Assembly (NCBI GenBank): GCA_964498585.1
Contig: CAZCHH010000006.1
Span: 1,554 to 65,553, forward strand
From: an uncultured Hyphomicrobiales bacterium
Lineage (GTDB): Bacteria > Bacteroidota > Ignavibacteria > Kapaibacteriales > UBA2268
Direction of reading: 5' to 3'
DNA: 64,000 nt
Part shown: one piece after another, positions 45,592-56,378 of the stretch
Layout: the number at the start of each line of letters is the position of its first letter
Numbering within the stretch: the first letter of the stretch is position 1
The notes under the pieces: model-generated
Told to the model about the DNA's origin: nothing
The model's input: only the letters and a program-made list of their open reading frames with translations
The model's database searches: none
Translations under genes and position numbers: made by a program

Positions 45592-48500
45592 ATGATGTTA
45601 ATTCTCAATTGGATAAAAATTTTTGACAATAGAAAAATCTGTCATTGCTTAACTAACAAGAGTTCTTATAACAATGAGAATAATCTTGTTAGTTTTAAAA
45701 AAACAAATTCATTTTTCAGAACATCATATAAGCAATCTTATTTATTATTGCTTTTTTTATTTTTATATTTTAACACTCAATACGAATTAAAAGCTGATAA
45801 TTATAAGCAGTATAATCCTTATTTTTTTTATTATCAACCAGTAAACAATTTTTTCTTATACCAGTATAATTTTTTCATTTATAATTTATTATATAGTAAT
45901 TATAATTATTATTCAAATCCGATTTTCCAAACGCCATTTTTTTTGTTGCTCAATTTTCAGCAACAGAATCCAGAGAATTTTCTTATAGACACAACAATCA
46001 AAACACCTCCTCCGTTTGCTATTGATGACAGCACCATTTATCCTTTTTCAAAATATTTGGATTATGAACTTTTAAACAGATACTCTCCAGACCATCCGAA
46101 GTCAGACGCAAGGACAAAAATGCTGCCACAGGATTACAGAAGAAAAATTGATATAGATTCAAATGCGTCGAAATTAAAATCAAATGAAACATTTTTCGAT
46201 AGGCCTGTAGGTTACGATTACGAAATTCCTATTGATGAATATTTAGCAATGCGTAAGAAAGTAATACAAAATGGAATATGGGACTCTTTAATGAATCGTT
46301 ACGATTTGAGCGCAGCTCTTTCTGGCGGTGATATTGCACGTATGCTTGCTTCTTCCACGGGATTGACTATCCCAATACCACCAAATCCGATTATATCATT
46401 ATTTGGGAAACCTGAAATCAGCATTAATGTAAACGGAGAAGTAAATCTTCGCGTTGGCTGGCGCTGGGATTCTCAAAATCTTGGTACTGTATCTGCTTTT
46501 GGTCAATCACAATCTTCACCAATTTTTAGTCAGGATATCAGAGTTAACGTAAGCGGTAGAATTGGTGATAAATTTAAAATTGGAACCGATTGGAACACCC
46601 GCCGTCAATTTGAATACGATAATAAATTTAAAGTTTCTTACGAAGGTGAAGATGACGAAATTATTAAATTAATTGAAGTTGGTAATGTTTCACTTCCTAC
46701 TACGTCAAGTTTAATAAGTGGTGGACAAGCACTTTTTGGAGTCAGGGCAGATTTTCAGTTTGGTCCATTATATTTAAAAACTATTGGTTCTCAAAAGCGT
46801 GGTGAAAGAAAATTTGTAAACGTAAAAGGAGGTACAAGCCGTCAGCATTTCCAAATTAGAGCTTACGAATATGCAAAAAATCACTTTTTCTTAGATACAG
46901 CTTATAAAGCAATTTATAATGAATATTTTAAGCATTCAACACCAGTTATTCCGGCTAGTTCAAATTATTACAGAGTAAAAGAAATATATGTATGGGAATC
47001 AACAGGTGATGTTCGCGATGGTCCATATTCTTCAAATTCTGTTGCTATAGCTGATTTAGAACCTAAAATGATGAAGATGAACGAGCAGTATGACCAAGCT
47101 ATTAAACATTCTCCAATACAATCAGGTGTCGTTGAACGTGCAAATTTTTTAAAATTAGATTCAAGTCGTTATAAGTATAATCCTAATTTAGGTACTCTTA
47201 CTATTCATAATTTACGATTAGACAGAACTTACGCAGTTAACTACAGAATAGAAGGAGCTACTACTGCGCTTGAAGACGATTTATACTATGGTACTTTCAA
47301 TGAATTGAACAATGAAAGAGACACTATGATATTGAAGTTGATTTATCGGCCAAATCTTCAGCCCGGTTTCTCTACATTATGGAAGCGTCAAATGAAAAAC
47401 ATTTATTCAATTAATGCTACTAATGTAAATGTTAATGATACTGAAATAGGAATTTGGTATATCAATAAATCGAACGATTCAAGTGATGTTTTGCCCGGAG
47501 CAAGCGATAAATTGGTATCGGTTCTACGGGTTGACCAGGTTAACAACAGCACTGGAGCTACGCCTCCAGATGGGAAATTTGACTTAAAAGAACCATTCTT
47601 TAATGCTGTCAGAGGAGAAATTACTTTTCCAAGTGCTGAGCCATTTCGTCAAGGGCTTATTGATTATTTTGAAAAAATCGGTTCACCTCAAGTCGCTCAA
47701 CAATATATTTACGGCGATGTTTATGACACTACTTTCGATGTTGCCAGAAAAAATACTGCCAGAGATAGATTTATTATTTCTGGCGAAGTAACCGGAACAG
47801 CAACCAATACTATTTCTCTCGGTGCTTATAATTTATCACCCGGAAGTGTTAAAGTTACTCTTGATGGAGTTACTCTTCGGGAATATGAAGACTACGTCGT
47901 AGATTATTATTCAGGAAGATTAACTTTAAGAAATCCTAGAGCAACCTTACCGAATGCTAATTTGAATGTTGAATATGAAGCCAATGATGTTTTTAATTTA
48001 ACTACAAAAACTTTGCTTGGAGTTCGTGGAGATTATGAGTTATTTAAAAGTCGGGACCTAAATGCTAATTTGGGTTTCACTTTTATGTATTACGACCAGG
48101 CAGCAATTGTTGACAGAGTGAGATTAGGCGAGGAACCTGTAGCAAATTCAATGCTTGGATTTGATGCAAAACTTAACTGGGATACTCCCTGGCTTACTAA
48201 ATTACTTGACAATATACCATTTTATGATACAAAAGCTCCATCTTCGATGGGGATTCGTGGAGAATGGGCAATGATTCTTCCAGAGCCGAACAAACGAACT
48301 TCCGATGTTGCCTCGGACAATAATGAACCAGTTGTTTATGTTGATGATTTTGAAGGTGCGCAAAGATATATTTCGCTCGGATTATCTCCTTATCAATGGC
48401 AGCATTGTTCTCAACCTGAAGATAGTTCGATTGCATTTAATGATTTAGAAAGAGCAAAGTTCAGAGGAAAAACATTTTGGTATCAGTACTTTATAGCCCG

Positions 48501-51500
48501 TACTCCTATTAAGGAAGTTTACCCAGAACGTTCTACCGTGCAGGGACGCTCAAATTTAAGTCCACTGCATATTAACTTTAATCCTTATGAACGTGGAATA
48601 TATAATAAAAATCCAGAATTTTTAGATAGAAGAAACCCAAATTTCGATAGCACAAATGTTTTCAGTTATAAACTGGAAAATAAGGAAAAAATTTGGGGCG
48701 GTTTTATGAAACTATTCTCGTCTTTTACTACAAATTTTGACTCTGAAAATATTGAGTATATAGAAATAATGATGAAAATCGACCAATATGAACCCGGACT
48801 TAGTAAAATGTATATAGATATAGGTCAGATTAGTGAGGACATCATACCAAATCAATCTTTAGATACTGAAGATGGTATTACTGCTGCTAATCCTATGCCT
48901 AACAATATTATTGATGCAGGAGAGGATGTTGGTATTGATGCCTGGGATAACTTAAAAGAAAAAGAAGAATATCCTTCACCGTTAAATTTAGAAGATGACC
49001 CTTCAAGAGATGATTATAAATTTGATTTTGCAAAAGATGATGATTTAAGATACGAAGAAGATTTTATTAATTATAATAATTTTGAAGGTAATGCAAGCAT
49101 TTCTGAAATGGGACAATTTCCTGATACAGAAATTTTGAATAGTAACAATGGGCAAACAATAGCATTAGACAATTCATACTTTCAATATGAAGTAAATTTA
49201 GTTCCAGACCCAAACAACAATACCCAAATTGTTGGTGGCGGTAGTAATGGCTGGTATTTATATCGTATTCCAATTCGTGACCCAAAGAAAAGAGTTGGAA
49301 ATCCACTGTTTTCTAATATTCAGTATATCAGAGTTTGGTTCAAAGGTGGTTCTTTTAAAGCAAGTATTGCAGAATGGCGCCTTCTCGGTTCGAACTGGCA
49401 AAGAGTAAACAATTTACAAAATGTTCCAACAGACGATAGCGTTATTCAGGTTTCTTTTGTTAATATTGAAGAAAACAGCGGACCTCCAGATTACTATACT
49501 ATGCCTCCTGGAGTTAGTCCTCCAAAACAGTTGAATAATCCAGACCCAAATCAGATTATTAAACTTAATGAGCAGTCATTAGCAATTAAAGTGAAAAATC
49601 TTAGATATGGTGAAGAAAGAATGGCAGTCCGATTCTTTCAACCACTTGATATTTTCTATTATTCAAAATTAAAGGTATTTCTTCATGGCGATGGCTCTAT
49701 GCCAGAAAATATGGTAGCCGGTGCAGTTCCTAAAGCTTATGCTTTTATGCGTTTTGGTACTGATTCATCAAATTATTATGAATATCGAAGACCTTTGCTA
49801 AGGGATTGGGACAAAAACACTATTGAAATTGAATTGTCAGCACTGACAGCGATTAAACAAATCAGAGATACATTAAATTTATGGGACAGGCAGGTATTTC
49901 CTGTTCCAAATGACCCATTAGCATATTTTGCGATACGCGGTAATCCAGTTCTCACCCGAATTCAGTTCTTTGGCTTTGGTATAGCAAATCCGGCCGAGCG
50001 TTATCCTAATGAACTTACAACTACAATGTGGATTGACGAACTGCGCTTACTGAGTCCGGAAGACAGGGCTGACTGGTCCGGAGTAGCAAATTTCGATGTT
50101 AAATTGGCTGATTTAGGTAATATAAATGCTTCATTCAGCCATTCAAGACCAAATTTCCACATGATTGAAAACAGGTTTGGGAACAGAGTTAGTACTACTA
50201 ACTGGACAGTTACTGTTCAGGGTAATTTGGAAAAATTTGCTCCTGCTTCTTTTTCAGAAATGAAAGTACCTATTACTTTTACTCATGCCGAATATATGGA
50301 AAATCCTGAATATGTTGCCAACAATGATATTAAATTAGAGGAAGCTGCTGAGTCAGCGCGAAGACAAGCAATACAGCAAGGATTTTCTGAATTTGAAGCA
50401 GATGAAATAGCAAATAATATTAGATTGCGTTCTCAGACTTTAAGAATACAGGATAGCTGGGCTTTAACAGGAGTTCGGCTTGGCATTCCATCAAGTTTTT
50501 GGTTGGTTAATCAAACTATCAATCGGATAACTTTCGGGTATTCATATTCACAGGAGTTTTTACGTTCTCCATTATACGTTGAACGCTTTAATTGGATTTG
50601 GCAGTTTACAACTCAATATGGAGTGCAAATTCCTGATATTCTGTCAGTTAATCCGACTTCATGGCTCGAAGATGTTCCACTGATTGGAATATATAATAAA
50701 TTAAAAATTAACATATTACCAATAAGTTTCAATTATTCATTTAATTTAATGCGACGAAGGACAACCGAACAATCGCGTTATCTTGAATATCCTAGCCCGG
50801 TGTACAGAGATTTCTCTGCTCAGCAACAGGCACAATTAAACTGGAAATTAGCTGAAGGCGGCTTCTTTAATCCAACTATTGATTATTCCGTTACTACCCG
50901 TAGCACATTAGTACCTTTAGAGCTTGATGAATTTGGAAAGCAACGCACCGGAAGTGAAATAGCCGCTTTAATGTTTTTCAATAATGGAAAATTAATTGAC
51001 CTTGGACGCAGTAATCAACATACTCAAAACTTAGTCATTAATTTCAAACCACGTCTGCCGCTCGGTGATTTGCTACGTTTCTTTGATATGACAGGTTCTT
51101 TTAATACAAATTATTCTTGGCAAGACCCACTTCAAACAGACTTATCTATTGCTGATGCTGCTAAAAGTGCCGGTTTCCAAAATAATATCAGGATAAACAC
51201 TAGTTTTAAATTGAAATCGTTTGGCGATATGCTTTTTGGTGCTTCTCCTTCTAATGATAAAAAAATAAAAAAAAGTCAACCTGATACTACAACTGTTACT
51301 ACAACGCAACCGAGTTCGAACGTATTCAAATCAATTGGAAATATATTCAAATTCATTTTCTTTGATTATGATAAATTCGATATAAATTTCACTCAGAATA
51401 ACACTGCTACAAATCCCGGCGTTTACGGCGGAACTGGTATGACAAATTTTTGGGCAAGAGGGCTTATATTTCAGCAAAGTGAAATGTATCTTGGACCTTC

Positions 51501-52677
51501 TTTCCCATATCAACTTGGTTTGGTGAGCAATCCTCACGGCGGTTATAACATTGAATCATCAAGTAAATTCCCATTCTTTAGTTTTTCTACTTATCCCGGA
51601 CTAAGACCTAAGAATTCAATTCTGCAGGATAATTTCAGCCAGAAAACTTCTCTTGAACTTAAGACTTCACGTCCTCTTTGGGAAGGAGCTACTTTAGAAC
51701 TAACCTGGAAATCTGAACTTGGATATAACAGAAATCAAACAGTTATTTCTGATAGTTTGGGAATACCTACTTTTACAAATATAGTCGCTTTAGAATCCTT
51801 TAATCGTACTTATTTAACATTTCCTTCTTTTTTCGGTTTAAATGTTTTTAATAATACAATTGAGCATGTGATAGACCTTTATAACGAAGAAAAGACACGG
51901 ATTCAAGCTATGGATTTAGATACTTTAACAAAAAACAGTTTGCTGCTTAATGCACTTTCTGAGTCATTCCATAGCGGTATGGAAGCTTTTAGCATTTTTG
52001 GTGGCAAAGTTGGTAAGTTCTTGCCTGCAATTAACTGGGGAATCAGATGGGAAGGAATTGAAAAGTGGGGTATTTGGGGAGGCATAGCTAAAAAGATTTC
52101 TTTTGAGCATTTGTATAGTACCAAATATACTGAAAGTGCGCAAATTACTGATAATGGAAGAGCGGTTCAAAGTCAGCAAATTCAATACGGATTCCAGCCA
52201 CTTTTTGGAATTACTATGTCTTTTGATGAAAAAGAGCTTAATGGACTTTTAACTGCTACATTAAAGTATAATTCTACTTCTCAATATCAACTATCCTCTT
52301 CGAACAGGTCAACAATTACACGTCAGGCAACAGACGAAATCCAAGCTCAAGCAAGCTATACTTTAAAGGGATTTGAATTTCCGTTATTTGATTTAATCTT
52401 AAAAAACGATATAGAATTTAGCTTTACTGGCTCTTTCAAAAAGAATAGACGCTCTACTTATGATGTTTTGGATTATGCCGGAGAAAATGGAAGAACTCTC
52501 GATGGAAATACACAAATTACATTAGAACCAAGAGTTAGATATTCGATGAGTAATAGAATTACTGCTTCTTTCTTTATTCGTTATGAAGGTACTTACACAG
52601 AAGGTGCATCTACTCCCGGCTATAACACTGTCCAAACAGGTTTAGATATTAGAATTTCTATTGCTGGTGGAAGATAA
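45592..52677 (+). CDS. sprA: Type IX secretion translocon SprA/Sov
   Basis: 2361 aa; contains the QRIRVNVSG-like segment (QDIRVNVSGRIGDK), FDNK-like YDNK, YEGEDDEIIKLIEVGNV, YIDDFEG-like YVDDFEG and WIDELRL. Start position uncertain. Confidence 0.93.
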   Translation: MMLILNWIKIFDNRKICHCLTNKSSYNNENNLVSFKKTNSFFRTSYKQSYLLLLFLFLYFNTQYELKADNYKQYNPYFFYYQPVNNFFLYQYNFFIYNLLYSNYNYYSNPIFQTPFFLLLNFQQQNPENFLIDTTIKTPPPFAIDDSTIYPFSKYLDYELLNRYSPDHPKSDARTKMLPQDYRRKIDIDSNASKLKSNETFFDRPVGYDYEIPIDEYLAMRKKVIQNGIWDSLMNRYDLSAALSGGDIARMLASSTGLTIPIPPNPIISLFGKPEISINVNGEVNLRVGWRWDSQNLGTVSAFGQSQSSPIFSQDIRVNVSGRIGDKFKIGTDWNTRRQFEYDNKFKVSYEGEDDEIIKLIEVGNVSLPTTSSLISGGQALFGVRADFQFGPLYLKTIGSQKRGERKFVNVKGGTSRQHFQIRAYEYAKNHFFLDTAYKAIYNEYFKHSTPVIPASSNYYRVKEIYVWESTGDVRDGPYSSNSVAIADLEPKMMKMNEQYDQAIKHSPIQSGVVERANFLKLDSSRYKYNPNLGTLTIHNLRLDRTYAVNYRIEGATTALEDDLYYGTFNELNNERDTMILKLIYRPNLQPGFSTLWKRQMKNIYSINATNVNVNDTEIGIWYINKSNDSSDVLPGASDKLVSVLRVDQVNNSTGATPPDGKFDLKEPFFNAVRGEITFPSAEPFRQGLIDYFEKIGSPQVAQQYIYGDVYDTTFDVARKNTARDRFIISGEVTGTATNTISLGAYNLSPGSVKVTLDGVTLREYEDYVVDYYSGRLTLRNPRATLPNANLNVEYEANDVFNLTTKTLLGVRGDYELFKSRDLNANLGFTFMYYDQAAIVDRVRLGEEPVANSMLGFDAKLNWDTPWLTKLLDNIPFYDTKAPSSMGIRGEWAMILPEPNKRTSDVASDNNEPVVYVDDFEGAQRYISLGLSPYQWQHCSQPEDSSIAFNDLERAKFRGKTFWYQYFIARTPIKEVYPERSTVQGRSNLSPLHINFNPYERGIYNKNPEFLDRRNPNFDSTNVFSYKLENKEKIWGGFMKLFSSFTTNFDSENIEYIEIMMKIDQYEPGLSKMYIDIGQISEDIIPNQSLDTEDGITAANPMPNNIIDAGEDVGIDAWDNLKEKEEYPSPLNLEDDPSRDDYKFDFAKDDDLRYEEDFINYNNFEGNASISEMGQFPDTEILNSNNGQTIALDNSYFQYEVNLVPDPNNNTQIVGGGSNGWYLYRIPIRDPKKRVGNPLFSNIQYIRVWFKGGSFKASIAEWRLLGSNWQRVNNLQNVPTDDSVIQVSFVNIEENSGPPDYYTMPPGVSPPKQLNNPDPNQIIKLNEQSLAIKVKNLRYGEERMAVRFFQPLDIFYYSKLKVFLHGDGSMPENMVAGAVPKAYAFMRFGTDSSNYYEYRRPLLRDWDKNTIEIELSALTAIKQIRDTLNLWDRQVFPVPNDPLAYFAIRGNPVLTRIQFFGFGIANPAERYPNELTTTMWIDELRLLSPEDRADWSGVANFDVKLADLGNINASFSHSRPNFHMIENRFGNRVSTTNWTVTVQGNLEKFAPASFSEMKVPITFTHAEYMENPEYVANNDIKLEEAAESARRQAIQQGFSEFEADEIANNIRLRSQTLRIQDSWALTGVRLGIPSSFWLVNQTINRITFGYSYSQEFLRSPLYVERFNWIWQFTTQYGVQIPDILSVNPTSWLEDVPLIGIYNKLKINILPISFNYSFNLMRRRTTEQSRYLEYPSPVYRDFSAQQQAQLNWKLAEGGFFNPTIDYSVTTRSTLVPLELDEFGKQRTGSEIAALMFFNNGKLIDLGRSNQHTQNLVINFKPRLPLGDLLRFFDMTGSFNTNYSWQDPLQTDLSIADAAKSAGFQNNIRINTSFKLKSFGDMLFGASPSNDKKIKKSQPDTTTVTTTQPSSNVFKSIGNIFKFIFFDYDKFDINFTQNNTATNPGVYGGTGMTNFWARGLIFQQSEMYLGPSFPYQLGLVSNPHGGYNIESSSKFPFFSFSTYPGLRPKNSILQDNFSQKTSLELKTSRPLWEGATLELTWKSELGYNRNQTVISDSLGIPTFTNIVALESFNRTYLTFPSFFGLNVFNNTIEHVIDLYNEEKTRIQAMDLDTLTKNSLLLNALSESFHSGMEAFSIFGGKVGKFLPAINWGIRWEGIEKWGIWGGIAKKISFEHLYSTKYTESAQITDNGRAVQSQQIQYGFQPLFGITMSFDEKELNGLLTATLKYNSTSQYQLSSSNRSTITRQATDEIQAQASYTLKGFEFPLFDLILKNDIEFSFTGSFKKNRRSTYDVLDYAGENGRTLDGNTQITLEPRVRYSMSNRITASFFIRYEGTYTEGASTPGYNTVQTGLDIRISIAGGR

Positions 52678-52781
52678 TTTTTTGCAAATATTCTGAAACA
52701 GATTAAGATTCCTCACAACGCTTCAGAATGCATTATACAGATTCCATTATGAAATGACATAAAGAATACTTATTAATAATT

Positions 52782-52933
52782 TGTCATTCTGGTGTATGCC
52801 AGAATCCATCTTAGGAATGCAAGTGAGCTTGCTCACGAAACATCTGGGCAAGCCCAAATGTATCCGTGAAATAGCTAAAATTGTATAGCGTTGAACAATA
52901 ATAAGAAGAATTCTGACATTTGTCAGAATGACG
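52782..52933. mobile_element. REPIN/MITE-like element, family B, copy 3
   Basis: tgtcattctggtgtatgccagaatccatctt ... aagaagaattctgacatttgtcagaatgac. Confidence 0.82.
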
Positions 52934-53031
52934 CTTTTAGTAATGTCAGCTCCATTTTAATAAAGGTCTTCTTTTATCAGGGTGATTCGAGATGACCAAA
53001 AAAAAAATAATAAAAACAAATTAGTATAAAT

Positions 53032-53082
53032 CATTTATTATCAATTACCGATTATTTTCCTTGAATTTATGAATAATGCAGG
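53032..53082 (+). repeat. Duplicated upstream element (copy 2 of 2)
   Basis: Matches 22923-22976. Confidence 0.8.
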
Positions 53083-53153
53083 TTGTATTGAACTTTGTAT
53101 ACTGATTTTTATTAATTTTACAAAAAAAATTATATAGGATAATATATAAAAAA

Positions 53154-53846
53154 ATGGGGAAAAAGAAAGATAAAAAAGATTTACAAAGAATTGAATTTAA
53201 TGATTTATTGTTCGATTGCATTGTTTGTTTAAACTCAGATTTACCTTCAAAAAACTTTTTCAAAAAGTTTGAAAACAATAGAATACTTGCTGCAGACGGA
53301 GCTGCATTAAAACTTTATAAAAAAGGGATTATTGCTGATATCATTATTGGTGACTTAGATTCGTTTAACAGAAGCAGAATGAGAGAAAAATTCAATTCTG
53401 ATAAAATATTTTATGATGAAAGTCAGGAAACAAATGACTTTCAAAAAGTATTAGATTTTGCTTTAAAAAGAACTTATCGCAACATATTGGTTCTTGGCTT
53501 TCACGGTGGAGAATTGGAACATACTTTGAATAACTGGAGTATTTTATTAAAATATAAAAATTTATTGAATTTATGTATTTATGAAAAAAATCGGTATGCT
53601 ATTCCGATTGAAGGAAATATTGAATTGAAATGCAAAAAAGGAGAAATTTTATCACTAATACCACAAACAGAAGCGATTATTACTTCTAAGAATTTAAAAT
53701 GGGAACTGAATAATGAATTGCTTAAGTTGGGAATAAGGGAAGGAGCCCGCAATGTTGCAACAGAAAATTTAATTTACTTGAATATAGAAAAAGGAAGTAT
53801 ATTACTTTTTTTTGATTCAAGGATACCTTTTGCACCAAAAAAATGA
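53154..53846 (+). CDS. thiN: Thiamine diphosphokinase
   Basis: AADGA, IIGDLDS, QETNDFQK and GGELEHTLNN motifs. Confidence 0.9.
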   Translation: MGKKKDKKDLQRIEFNDLLFDCIVCLNSDLPSKNFFKKFENNRILAADGAALKLYKKGIIADIIIGDLDSFNRSRMREKFNSDKIFYDESQETNDFQKVLDFALKRTYRNILVLGFHGGELEHTLNNWSILLKYKNLLNLCIYEKNRYAIPIEGNIELKCKKGEILSLIPQTEAIITSKNLKWELNNELLKLGIREGARNVATENLIYLNIEKGSILLFFDSRIPFAPKK

Positions 53847-53891
53847 TTATTTTTGCCAATGTATTATTTTTTCATTTTTCTATAATACAAA

Positions 53892-56108
53892 ATGATTTCA
53901 TTCTATACAAAATACATTTCAAATATCTGCCATAGCATTGAGCTTGATACTAACAATATAAACAGTAAAAATATTATATTTATAAATGGTACTTTTGGTA
54001 CCGGGAAAAGCATTTTAGTTAGAAAAATAGAAGATGAGCTTGTTGCCCGAAATATTGTTGATGCAGTAATCAAATTTGATGATGCTGAAAATATTAGTTT
54101 TCTAACTGAATTTATAAGAAAAGCACTAAATAATTTCTATTCTATAGAAGATAATAATTCTACACAATTTTCTTTCTCTGAAACAAATTATAATTTAATT
54201 ACCTATAATGATTTATTGAACAATTTAAACAATATCAATCCGGTATTAACGCAACTATATCTTAAACATAATGTATTACAGTCATATTCTGATGTTAGCA
54301 GTAATGATGAAAATTTAGAAAGTACCAATTTTTTTATTAAAGAAGAAATTGAGAAAATATATCAAAAAAAAGGCGAACGCAGATTGTTATTGGAAAATCA
54401 GAAAGTAGTTGTAGAGTCATTAATTGTAGATTTGATGAGTTACTTTTTTTCTGCTGTTTTAAATGGAGTTGAAAACCTTGATTTATCTGGTTTTCATAAA
54501 AGAAAAATTGTTTTTGTTATAGATAATTACGAATACATATTCGGTAGCATTAATAAATGGCTTGCTGAATATTTCTTTCATTATTGTTATAATCTAAATT
54601 TCGGTGATTTTATTAACTACAAAATAGATGTAATTAATCCCCAGGCAAAAATTTCTGACTATTTTGATTTTAGATTCATCATTGCTTCAAGAGAAAACTT
54701 AACTGATTTTCTACCAAAGTACTTTTCAAATTATTCTGAAATGGCAGAAATTTATAGATTAGAACCAATGACAGCAATACAATTTAAGAATTATTTAATC
54801 GCTCAAGACATCAAATTAGGAAATTACGAAAAAGATATTTACGATATAACAAGCGGAATCCCTTCGCTAATTAATTATACACTCGAAACTATAAATCAAA
54901 TTCAAGGTGATTTTAATTGTTCTTTAGTGTATCTTTTTGCTTATGAAAGCATTTTGAAACATAAATCTGAAGAGCAAAAAGAATGGATTAAATGCGCTGC
55001 CTTCCTCAGTGAAATTGAACCAAATGCTTTGCGTTGCTTCCCTTTAATCAACAAAGAATACAAGAGAGCTTATGATTATTTTTGCAAATCCACTGAACTT
55101 TCTTATCTTACAAAAAATACAAATAAATTAAAACTCAATAAAATAATAAAAAAATACATTAATGATGCAGTCAAAATAAATTCACCACATATAGCAAATA
55201 ATTACGAAGAAATTGCAAGTTCATATAGTAGTTTGAAAGATTTACTAAATAAGTTTGATAGCTCAGAAATCGAAATTTTAAAGGATTTAGCTTATTTTAA
55301 ATGCTTTAATTATCCTGAAACAATTAATGAATGGTTCGGCAGTAATTCACAAGCTGCTTTTGAACTTATAGAAAATTATCCTGATTTGTTTACTAAAAAC
55401 AAACTCACATATAGCTTAAAACAGGACATTGCATATAAATTTCTTAAATTCAATAAATTAATAGAAGGCAATTTATTTGAAAAAAAAATTGATGAAATTA
55501 AAAAACGCTGGATTAATTATTCTAATTGTATTTTTACAGAAAACTCTGATTTAGTTGAAAAACAAAATAATCTTGTTGATGAATTAAACAATATTCAAGC
55601 AAAAGTTAATGAAAATGAACAAATAATCGGTGATACTTCTGCTTCTATTGTCGAGATGGAAAAAGAATTAAAAAAGGATACTGACAAGTTTAAAAAATTT
55701 AATATAAAAGAGCAAAAAAAATATGCTAAATATTGTATCTCAATTGCCTTAATTTCACTTTTTATAAAAATTTTCATTTCTGAACTGTTTCCTGAAGCAC
55801 TTGATTACAGTACTTTAGCATTCATAAACGTAGCTTGTAATTTTTTTGCTATTACTTCAACAGTTCTATTTTTATTCTTTTTTATCAGGTTATTCATTTT
55901 AAATTCCAATAAAAAAGATATTAGCTTATTAAAATTCAAAATCTCTAGCTTAAAAGATGATATAAAAGAACTATATAACCAAATTGAAGACAAAAAAAAT
56001 GAAAATTATGATTTAAAGATTAAAATATATGAAACAGAAAATCAAATAGTAAGAATAAAAGAAAAAATATCGAAGAATACAGAATTTTTGGAAGAATCTT
56101 ATATTTAA
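53892..56108 (+). CDS. STAND-like P-loop ATPase with C-terminal coiled coil, 2 TM helices and a second coiled coil
   Basis: Walker A GTFGTGKS, Walker B VFVIDNYE, IIASRE sensor-like motif and SGIP (GxP); heptad-rich regions flank two hydrophobic helices. Confidence 0.7.
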   Translation: MISFYTKYISNICHSIELDTNNINSKNIIFINGTFGTGKSILVRKIEDELVARNIVDAVIKFDDAENISFLTEFIRKALNNFYSIEDNNSTQFSFSETNYNLITYNDLLNNLNNINPVLTQLYLKHNVLQSYSDVSSNDENLESTNFFIKEEIEKIYQKKGERRLLLENQKVVVESLIVDLMSYFFSAVLNGVENLDLSGFHKRKIVFVIDNYEYIFGSINKWLAEYFFHYCYNLNFGDFINYKIDVINPQAKISDYFDFRFIIASRENLTDFLPKYFSNYSEMAEIYRLEPMTAIQFKNYLIAQDIKLGNYEKDIYDITSGIPSLINYTLETINQIQGDFNCSLVYLFAYESILKHKSEEQKEWIKCAAFLSEIEPNALRCFPLINKEYKRAYDYFCKSTELSYLTKNTNKLKLNKIIKKYINDAVKINSPHIANNYEEIASSYSSLKDLLNKFDSSEIEILKDLAYFKCFNYPETINEWFGSNSQAAFELIENYPDLFTKNKLTYSLKQDIAYKFLKFNKLIEGNLFEKKIDEIKKRWINYSNCIFTENSDLVEKQNNLVDELNNIQAKVNENEQIIGDTSASIVEMEKELKKDTDKFKKFNIKEQKKYAKYCISIALISLFIKIFISELFPEALDYSTLAFINVACNFFAITSTVLFLFFFIRLFILNSNKKDISLLKFKISSLKDDIKELYNQIEDKKNENYDLKIKIYETENQIVRIKEKISKNTEFLEESYI

Positions 56109-56213
56109 ATAAGTTAAAAATCTTAAAAATTAGCTATTCTTAAATGAATGTATTAGTGTGTTTAGATTTTATATCAATTAAAAAACTTTTCAATATAGGA
56201 AAATAAACTTAGT

Positions 56214-56246
56214 AGTCATCAGATAACTGCCAGTAATCGGATGACT
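56214..56246. repeat. REP-like doublet, family A
   Basis: agtcatcagataact-gcc-agtaatcggatgact. Confidence 0.78.
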
Positions 56247-56378
56247 TCTTCTTTCAACCGTCGGATTAGTCTGATAGTTGATAAAACCAAAATGAATTGG
56301 TGCATTAGACAAAATGACAGTTCATAATAGAATTTACATTATATCTACCAAACAAATTTTTAATTCTTTTATAATAAG

